A DNA stretch of 49,344 nucleotides from Chrysochromulina tobinii (Eukaryota). This document shows positions 40,889 to 49,344 of this stretch, piece by piece. Within the stretch, counting starts at the first letter, position 1, and every line of letters begins with the position of its first letter. The stretch is taken from positions 1 to 49,344 of the forward strand of contig JWZX01002894.1 in NCBI GenBank assembly GCA_001275005.1, written 5' to 3'. Position numbers and translations under genes: made by a program. The notes under the pieces were generated by a model that saw nothing but the letters and a program-made list of their open reading frames with translations, had not been told where the DNA came from and made no database searches.

Positions 40889-43800
40889 TCAGGCCATGTA
40901 CTTGCGATGGGCGCCGAGGAAGGCGTCGCGGAAGGTGGCGGTGAGCCCGGTCGCCTCGAGCAGCGGCAGCCCGTAGGAGGCGAGGCGTACATTGTGCAGC
41001 GCGTCGAAGGACGTCGCCACGCTGTTCACGATCGGCATCGTGCCGTGCGAGAGCACGGGCGAGTGCAGGCCCGGCTTGGTCGCTCTGCCAATCTTCGCAA
41101 CCTGCGTGGCGCGCACGGAAGCGCTCACGGCAGCGCTCAATGAGACTGCCTCATAGACGGTCTCGCCGACGGCGACGTCCTTGGCCTGCTTGAGGTCGGC
41201 GCAGCACGCGGCGCCCACAGGCACGTGGTGCGTGGGCGTGAGCGCCAGGTTCCGGCCAGACGCCGTCGTGAGCACCACGAAGGTCGTGCCCTGCGTGTCC
41301 GCATCGGCGAGCGAAAGGGTCGAGACGGTGTCGGTGGTGAGGGTGCCGTCGGCGCGGGAGGCGACGATGGCGTCGCCCGCACGGAGCGCGTCGAGGCGGC
41401 GCGGCGTGCCGTCGGCCATCGTGACGAGCGCCTCGCTCGGGAAGCAAGGGTCGCCGCTGGCGTCGGCGTCGACGACCGGCGTCTGCGATACTGCTACCGT
41501 GGGTGTACTCGTCACGGCGAGGCTGCCGCCGCCCGTGCTCTCGATGGCCAAGGGCGTCGTGAGCTGGGCGACGATCGCCGACTGCAGCGCTGCCGGGCTC
41601 GTGAAGCTATTGGCCGTGCTCTGAATAGTCGCCGCCGTCGACTGGTCCGTCGGGAAGACGAACTGGATGTTGACGCTCGCCGCGGTGATGGTCACAGTGG
41701 AGCCGGGGGGGGCGCCGGTGGTGAAGCCGAAGGCGCGCGCGGCCGCCTGCAGCAGCGCGTTGCGCTCCGTAGTGTCGAAGTCCTCTGGGTTGCCTGCAGC
41801 CGTGAAGGAGACGACGACCTTGAGGTCTCCCGGGGGCGGAGGCCACGAAGAGGGTGGTGGCGGCGGGGCCGTTGTCGGAGAGGGTGGCGGCGGCGATGGT
41901 GATGGTGGTGGCGGCGAGGGCGAGGGCGACGCCGTCGCCGGCGACGGCGTCACGCACGTCGCCGTCTCGACGAGGACGCCCTTGACGCATCGAGTCTTGC
42001 CGCTCGCGGCGAACCCGGCGCTGCACGTCGGCGTGCACTGATAGCCCGAGTACATCGTCGCCCCCACGACGCATGAGCCGCTTGTCTCATAGGCACCATT
42101 GGCGATGGCGGGCAGAGTGCACGTCGAGCTGGCAGCGAACGTCGTCGACGCGTCGCTCACCCCTGCGGGTACGCCGTTGAGCATGTAGTAGTCCGTCATG
42201 CCGCAGCAGCGATAGTTCATCTGGGTTTGGGTCGCGCCGTACCGCGAAGTCGCGCCGAGGAGTGCGGCGGAGCCCTCCGACGCTGTCAGATTGGCTCGGT
42301 AGCAGAAGAGCGGCCCGGTGGAGCTGGCCGTGTATCTCACGCCGCTCGTGCACCGGTCCGAGGCGCCGCAGACCGCGTCGAAGACTTGGGTGTGGTAGTG
42401 GTAATTGGTGTGCAGATTCAAGCCGTGCTCGTCGACGTCGGTCGTGACGTCGTGCTTGTGGCCGCCACACTGGTCGAGCAATGGGGCGGCAAACCCGGGG
42501 GCGCTATTCGAGAGATACCGACCGTAGATCAGGTGACCGTCGTTGGCAAAGCCGATCACGGGCGGATGGGCGTTGACGCCGCCGCTATAGTTGCTCGTGC
42601 CATACAGGCACGTGTGCGTGTCGGCAAACATGTCGCCGTGCGCGTGGGGCTGGCCGCCACCCTGGCCGACGTGCTGGTTGCACGAGTCCACCTCGCAGAC
42701 CCCTTCACTCCACTCGCCCTGGTCGTTCTGCGTCACCCAGTTGGCGATCCCGTTGACCATCGTGCCTACGCCGGCGCCATTGGGCAGCCCGTACGCCGTC
42801 GCCCCGATGGACTTGCTCGAATCGCGGTTAGTGATGGGGCCCGTATTGCCGCCGATGGTCGTGCTGCCGTCAAAGAGGTGGATGTTATTGGTGCTCACAC
42901 CCGTTGGCAAGTCGACGATATCGAGTGGGAAGAAGGTCGTCCTGGCAATGCCCACCGTCATCGTCAGCTCACCGGTGCAGTATCCGACGCCACCGACGGT
43001 GGTACCTGGCGGGTTCGGCACATCGTTGAGATTGGGCGTCCAGTGGCCGGACTCGCCCGTCGCTCCGATGACGAGCCACTTGTCGTTGCAATACGCGTAC
43101 TTGACGCCGCGGCCTTTGAGCACGTTCGCCAGAAATGAACCGCTGCAAATGCCAGTGGTTCGCTGCGTGCAGGTTGCGCGGCACGAGCCTTGGGGGGCGT
43201 GCGCCGACGGCAAGGCGTTGGGCTGGTGCGCGGAAGTCGACTGTAGATCATAGTAGTTGACACAAGTCGACGCGCTGCTGCCGGATCGCCAGGAGCCCGT
43301 CACGCCATTCACTGTCGGGGGGCCACCGCCATTGGTACCGCCACACGTTTTGTAGTTGGCATTGCACGTCAGCGGACCACAGAAACCCCACCCACCACTA
43401 GCAACGGGTACTTTGCATTCGGTCGCGTTGAGCGAGTTGGAGTTGACCTCCTGACCCGCGGTCGTGGAGGCAGTCCCCCCGAGAACTGGTGGCGGTGGCG
43501 ACGGGGAAGGTGGCGGTGGCGATGGTGATGGTGGTGGCGGCGACGGCGGCGGGACCGTTGTCGGAGAGGGTGGTGGCGGCGGGTCCGTTGTTGGAGAGGG
43601 TGGCGGCGGCGATGGTGACGGTGGTGGCGGCGACGGCGTTGGCGGCGACGACGATGCAGCGGCGCTCGTGCTGTAGACGCAATCGTCAACCGCGCAGTGG
43701 CCAAGGGTGGAGCATGCTTGCGTTGGCGTCGGGCTGGTTGAGACTGAGGCGATGTTGGCGGAGCTGCAGCACAGGGTGGACCTCTGGGCTGCCGCGGACG

Positions 43801-44825
43801 ACGCCGAGCTGACAGCGGCTGAATTGATGGGGAGTGCGCTCGCCGTGGTCGCGATGAAGGTGGCCGTGGTGCCAGCAGTGGCCGCAGCGGAGCAAGTAGG
43901 TAGGTTGACGCTTCCCATGGAGCATGTCACACCAGAGGGGCAGCAGCCGCGCAGGCAGGTCGGGGATTGCGGATAATAGTTGGCGCCGCCGCCCACCGGT
44001 GCGGGCGCTGGCATCTCGTTGCATTGGCCCGAGTTGAAGGTGCCCGGCATGTAGTAGCGGTAGGCGAACCCGTCGCCCGTGTCTGCCAGATAGCCACCGC
44101 ATGCATCCAAGCAGACGCTCGTGCCCACCGTGCCTCCCGTCACCGTGCACGTCTGCATCACCACGCCATTCGGACCAAGCGGGCCGTAGAGGGGGAAGCC
44201 ATCGGCCATCCAACCGATCTGGGGGGAGTGCTGGCCCGCGGTCATACCGAGTTGCTTCAGGAGGCAGCTAGGGGCCACGTGATAATGGTAGCTCGGCGAC
44301 GTGGTGGAGGACGAATGACCGCCGCACTGGTCAAACGTGTTGCCCTCGAGGTAGGCCGCCGACGTGGTCCAGCCGGTGAGTGGGTACGAGGGCCCGGCAA
44401 AGGGCGAGTAGATCATGCCACCATCGTACGCGACGCCAACGATGGCGCCGAGTGCGGTAAGGCTCGTCTGCTGGGCCGCGTTGTAGCGGGGGTTGACAGG
44501 GATCGTGTACGTGCGCGAGCTCCCGATGGCATAGTTTGGGTTGAGACTCGCCGTCGGGTGATTCGGGCAGTGGCTGCGAGGAGAAAGCGCGGGCCGGCAC
44601 GCAAATTGGTGAGCGAGGTGACGTGTGCAGCGTGGGTGGCAGAGGGCAGGCAGTGCAGGGGGCAGGCAGAGCGCTAGCTGTCTGTACTCACTTGGTTGTG
44701 ATCGTGCGTGTGGTGGCCGAGGCTGTCTCCGACCAAGTATAGCTGGAGCCTTCTGTCGAGCATGTTGTTGTTGTCTGCCCAAGGACCGCGTCGAGCAGCA
44801 GGCATAGCAGCACGGCGCGTAACAT
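40889..44825 (-). CDS. Secreted protein: signal peptide, two YHYH domains, Pro-rich stalks, sushi-like module, C-terminal Hint (Hedgehog/intein) domain; about 1272 aa
   Basis: Exons 44825-44692 and 44573-40889. MLRAVLLCLLLDAVLG signal; NHCPNH, DQCGGH, YHYH, IGWMADGFPLYGP; second DSCNQH..HAH..IGFANDGHLIYG..DQCGGH..YHYH. Hint: CFPSEALVTMADG, LALTPTHHV, AKDVAVGE and GLHSPV..GTMPIVN. Confidence 0.88.
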
Positions 44826-44922
44826 TTCTGGTGTCGGGAAGGGTCCTGATGTCGGGAACGCCTCTTTTCCCGGCATCTTTTCCCGGCGAACTTCCGGAGT
44901 ATTTATGGAGCCAACTTTGTTC

Positions 44923-44964
44923 CCAGTTCAGTTCAGTTCAGTTCAATTCAGTTCAGTTCAGTTC
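44923..44964. repeat. (CAGTT)n pentamer microsatellite, about 8 copies, upstream of the YHYH-Hint gene
   Basis: Directly visible; one CAATT variant. Confidence 0.93.
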
Positions 44965-45249
44965 CCCGCACCTTTCTTCAAGTAAAGCCCCACCTGATCA
45001 TCTTTCACAATCTCGCCCACCAAGCATCTACGACACGTTTTTCACACAGTTTTGTACTGCTGCACTCTTCTCTCCGCGGTGTACCGGTACCGTGTACGTG
45101 TTGGTGTGTTGTGAATGAACAAGTCCTGTCTACGTGTTGACTGTATTCATAATACGATGGACGTGTTGTGTGTATTCACATGAAAGGACAGAGGCGCCGG
45201 GCAAGAGGCGCCACGCCAGAGCGCTCCGTGTGTGTTGCCCCGCTTGGCA

Positions 45250-46563
45250 ATGCTCCAAGCGAAAAAGGAGGCTCTCGAGAACTCGATTCGCCAGCGGCTT
45301 GTGGCCGTCCGTGAGCGCGAGCTCAACTATTACTTTGACAACTGTCGCATCATGGGGACTACCTCTGCAGTCCTATCGGGGCTCGCGATGTCGGGCATCC
45401 AATACCATTACCTACTGGTTCGCAGCACCGACTGGGACGACACCTACGAGTTGGCGCAGCACTCCATTGAGGAGATGGTCTTCCTTGCGATTCTCACGAT
45501 CACGTTGGGGTTAAACTTGCAACTTCTCTTCATCTGCATGCTCGTGTCGCTCCTCGGGCCACAGCTGGCACTGCGTGGACCAGATGGCTCGCTGCACGAC
45601 GCGGTCGAGGGCATGCACAGTTGGAATACGGTCATCATGGCCTTCTTCATGCTATCGGTCTTCCTGCTGGAGCTCTGCGTCTTCTCGTTCTCTTACGGGC
45701 ACAAGCAGCTCAACGATTTCGGCCGCGTCATCTTGGTGTGCACGGACTCGCTCCTGATTTTCGCGACTGTGCGCTACGCACGCAAGATCATGCGGCGGCT
45801 CGCTCTGCCCAAGGAGCAGCGCGTGAGCGGCGCTTTCTTCGCGCATCAGAAGGGCGATCCCATCTCGTCTTTCCAAGGCCTCGAGCACGAAGGCTTTCGG
45901 GACGATCCGGTGCATGCAAACGGCCTCTCGTCGGCGCGGATTCCGACGCGCGCGGCACCGAGTGCGACACGCATAGCCGGCGACGAGGCGCTGCCCCTCA
46001 CAGCCGAGTCGCTCGACCACTCGGTCAACGAGTTCTTGTCTGGGCATGCGCTCGCGAGCATACCTGTCCACCGTCCCTTGGAGGCACCCGCTCCAGAGCC
46101 ACCCGGGCCCAGCGCCGCGTCTTGCGTGGCCGCAGCGGGTTGGGGCGTCTTCCCGTCCGTTAAAGAGCCTCGCGGTCACGAGAGCGAGGAGGAGGATGAG
46201 GAGATGCCTCTCAATGGGCGGCCACGCAACCTGCCCGCGGTGCGCATCAGCAAGAAGCCGCGCCGCGCACAGCGCTCGCAGATGCTCAACCCATCATGGC
46301 TCAACCTGGGCGCGCCGCCGACGGAAGAGCACGAGGCACCCGCCGTCTCCTGGCGCGAGGAGCTGCGACTGCTACGCCATGCCCTCTTCGTGCCGCCGCA
46401 CATCGAGAAGAGCCTGCAAGCTCGCGACGGCTTTGGACGGCAGGAACTTGAGCGCGTCAAAGAGCAGGAGGAAGCAGTCGAGCAATTGATGCGGGAGAAG
46501 GCGGGGCATTGCCCTGCGGGGCCTGTGCAGATCTCGGCTGCGCGCACAAAGAACGCGATATGA
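45250..46563 (+). CDS. Four-TM membrane protein with Orai-like TM1 and a long disordered C-tail
   Basis: ATG 45250. TTSAVLSGLAM resembles Orai TM1 RTSALLSGFAM; three further hydrophobic helices; GPQLALRGPDGS loop. Confidence 0.7.
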   Translation: MLQAKKEALENSIRQRLVAVRERELNYYFDNCRIMGTTSAVLSGLAMSGIQYHYLLVRSTDWDDTYELAQHSIEEMVFLAILTITLGLNLQLLFICMLVSLLGPQLALRGPDGSLHDAVEGMHSWNTVIMAFFMLSVFLLELCVFSFSYGHKQLNDFGRVILVCTDSLLIFATVRYARKIMRRLALPKEQRVSGAFFAHQKGDPISSFQGLEHEGFRDDPVHANGLSSARIPTRAAPSATRIAGDEALPLTAESLDHSVNEFLSGHALASIPVHRPLEAPAPEPPGPSAASCVAAAGWGVFPSVKEPRGHESEEEDEEMPLNGRPRNLPAVRISKKPRRAQRSQMLNPSWLNLGAPPTEEHEAPAVSWREELRLLRHALFVPPHIEKSLQARDGFGRQELERVKEQEEAVEQLMREKAGHCPAGPVQISAARTKNAI

Positions 46564-46775
46564 AAACACTAAGACGGTGGGACGAAATAATTGTGTGATT
46601 ATATATCATGTAGACGAACGAACGGACCGTCGGGGACGGGGTCGTCCCGCATCGTTTCCGGGGACTTGAACATGTTCACACTTGAGTTGTAGGATTTCTC
46701 GTGATTTTGCCGCGGAGTGGGCTTGTGCCGGAACTACACATGTGAGCCCCCAGCAGTCCACAGTTTCGCACCGTC

Positions 46776-47757
46776 ATGGACAACATGGAGATGGACAACG
46801 TCGGCGCCCATGGCGGTGGCACGTCGTCGTTGAAACACGGCGAGGAGGACCACGGCGAGGAGGAATTCGGGCTGCCAGGCGGAGCAATGGACGGCACCTC
46901 ACGCAACAGCAGGTGCGTGCAATCCAGTCTTCGAGAGGAGTACACGGCAGCGTCGTACGCAGCCTATCGCATGCGTTTGTCAGGGCTGGCTGCCGACAGC
47001 CTCTGACTGGTCTGCACGCGTGCACGTTCGCAGGCTCGCGCGCAAGGCTGAGTCTGCCAGGCAGGCGCGGCTACGGCACAAGCAGTTTGTGACTGATCTG
47101 CAGGAGCAGGCAGCTGCATTGCAGTCGCGGATACGAGAGCTTGAGGCGCACTGCACGAGCGGTCCAGCTGCAGCACCAGTTGCGCTTCGCGAGCTCAAGA
47201 GGGCGCTTAAACCCGAGCAGCTCGAGCAGCTCACACAGTGGCTCGTCGAGGCGCAGGGCGACGACCACGTCTTCGCACGCTACGAGCGCGGTGCGGCACT
47301 GCCGCCGCCGCCGTCGGCCGCTGTCATGTCGGCGTCGGCCGCCGTGAACAGCGCCGCCGCGGAGGCGGCACTGCCACAACCGACTTCAGCAGCCTCGGCG
47401 CCCATTTCCATTGGCGGCAGCGCGGCGCACTGGCGTGGTGGAGGCGCCCATGTGGGCGCATCGCCGATGGAGTCGGAGGAGGACTCGGGCATGTTCCCTC
47501 TCTCGCGCTCGTGGGACGACATCGAGGGCGCGCGCTCCATCCTCAACCTGAACTCGCCCAATGGCTTCCACCCGATCGCGGGCGCGCCGCCGCCCATATC
47601 GTTTTCGCTGCCCACAGCCTCGTCAATGCCGTCGTTCCCACCGCACCACGGCTCGATGCTGAGCGCCTCTTTCGGCGCCAAAAGGCCATTCGAGGGCGTG
47701 CCGCCGCATCCGGTGAGCGCGTTGGCAGCCGCGAACGCCACCGCGGGCTCGAGCTAG
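46776..47757 (+). CDS. bZIP transcription factor
   Basis: Exons 46776-46912 and 47034-47757. Basic region RLARKAESARQARLRHK followed by heptads L..L..L. Confidence 0.85.
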
Positions 47758-48539
47758 CGCTTCCTTCCCGCTGCGTGACGCTGGCCGCCGCTGCCACCCT
47801 TGCTTCACCACCATGCGTGCACACGGTGCGCGTCGAACGCAGAGGCATCATAAGCGCTGCTCGCGCTGTGCTGCTGTGTGCTGCATGTCGTCCAGCGTCC
47901 TGTGGTTGCTGCCGCGGGTGGCCCGAGCTGCAGGAGCCCCCCTTTGTGCCGTGCCACAAGTTCTGTGTACAATCGCATGCATGATGCCCCCGACCCGAGA
48001 GCGAGTGGCAGCGCGTCCCGTCTTTACCGATTACCCCGTATTACGCCACCCTTGCCATGTGCCACTGGCCAGTCGCGCGCATGTGTATATAGTTTGGGCC
48101 CGTCTGGCTCCGAAAAGGCAAAAACGCGGGCGGGGGCGCGCTTGGGTCTTAGTTTGCAAGTTTGGTCGATTAATAATGTATCGTGCACAGCAAGAAATCT
48201 ACCCGGGTAACTACCTGGGTTTCTTAGTGGGACAAGGTAGAAACCACTTTCTACCCACCTTTCTACCAGGTAGAAACTCCCGGACCAGGGGTAGAAAGGT
48301 ACAGGGGCGGCTAGGCAGTTACAGACAGCTTTACCATAATAGGCAAGAGTACGAGATCCGACGAGATTACTGAGATCCGACGAGACTACACGATACACTA
48401 AAACAGCGCGAATTCACCACGCTACAGACTCTGCGCGCGATCGCATCCGCAGCGTGCTCTGCGCGCGATCGCATCGCACTGCACCATGCGAAACGAATTG
48501 TATGCGGCTTTGATAGACTCGCAGCTGATGAGCATGGAA

Positions 48540-48882
48540 GCAGCGCGGCGGGCGTGGCCGGCGCGGCGTTCGAGGCCGGCGGGCGTGCGTTGTCGGCGCG
48601 GCGTGCGTTGTCGGCGCGGCGGGCGTGGCCGCGGCGGGCGACCGGGCGTGCCAGCGGCGGGCGTGGGGCAGTGCGGCAGCAAAAGTGTGGGACGCGCGGC
48701 AGCGCCTCATCGTTGGTGGGGCCGGCGGGGCGTGCGTGGCCGGCGCGGCGTGCGTGGCCGGCGCGGCGTGCGTCTGGCCGCCGCGGGCGACCGGGCGTGC
48801 CAGCGGCGAGCGTGCCAGCGGCGAGCGTGGGGCAGTGCGGCATCAGCAGTGTGGGATGCGTGGCAGCGCCTCACCGTTGGTC
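48540..48882. repeat. Composite GC-rich repeat: 18-nt units (GGCGCGGCGTGCGTGGCC-like) nested in an approximately 160-nt tandem duplication
   Basis: The block GGGCGACCGGGCGTGCCAGCGGCG...GGGGCAGTGCGGCA...GCAGCGCCTCAYCGTTGGT occurs at about 48635-48718 and 48785-48881. Confidence 0.85.
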
Positions 48883-49344
48883 TGCACGCCTGATGCTTGT
48901 TCTGCGAGCAGTGAAGGAGCGAGGCATGTGGCTATCAGTCTGTGTTTCGGGGGAAGAGGACGTGGCGGGCGTATGCGCGCTGCCAGGCCGCGCGGGCGAA
49001 GCTCACAGCTCCATGCACGCTCACATGCTGGCAGCAGCCGCGTGCGCTAGAGATCGAGACGCGACAAGAGCCGATCCGCAGACCTCGCACACTCGGCCTC
49101 GCGGTCCGCGCTAGGTCCGCGCAGCCCAAGGCGCAGCCTCCACGCTCCACCCGCGAGCCCCTGTGGCTGTGCACCCAATGTGTGCACCGAGCCCGCCTGC
49201 ACTGTGCACCCTGACAGTCTTCTTCGCCAGCTGAGCTCAATATGAAGCGTTCGAGGGACACGTGGAAAACTTCGACACGCTCCGCGAGCGTTCGTCCTCT
49301 CGTCCTCTCGTCGGCAGGAGACCGCCCGCGCAGCCGGAAAGCTG

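Noticed and set aside
41000..41446. Hint domain as a mobile self-splicing intein
   Set aside because: C-terminal position, no endonuclease and no terminal His-Asn + nucleophile; it fits a Hog-type module.
48367..49261. ORFs across the terminal GC-rich repeat
   Set aside because: Low-complexity translations of repeats, without splice or domain support.

Overview
GC-rich, gene-dense eukaryotic nuclear DNA with short GT-AG introns. It is most consistent with a haptophyte or similar alga with a red-derived complex plastid (inference from nuclear psbM and petF carrying signal peptide + AFxP bipartite leaders). About 23 protein genes can be modelled by hand. Recognisable ones are a tropinone-reductase-like SDR, COPA, an OTU protease, psbM, a two-domain PRMT7-like methyltransferase, Arc1p-like, Pth, BCS1, acylphosphatase, a MORN protein, petF, SF3A3, a clade-D beta-carbonic anhydrase, an SGNH esterase, a Tat lumen protein, an RCC1 protein, a C2-TBC RabGAP, a secreted tandem-YHYH + Hint protein, an Orai-like 4-TM protein and a bZIP factor; the rest are unknown proteins. 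There is also a decayed PKA-regulatory-subunit/ankyrin pseudogene carrying a codon-aligned 27-nt repeat expansion. The most notable signals are: an in-frame TAG inside otherwise intact BCS1 (and possibly in neighbouring Pth); introns containing copies of adjacent exon ends plus ~10-nt branch-point-like repeats; the YHYH-YHYH-Hint architecture; the Orai-like protein lacking the selectivity Glu; a PRMT7-like protein with reversed active/inactive domain order; and a petF start codon split by an intron. All gene models and family calls come from manual reading and remembered motifs; no database searches were run. No rRNA, tRNA, CRISPR array or transposase was recognised.
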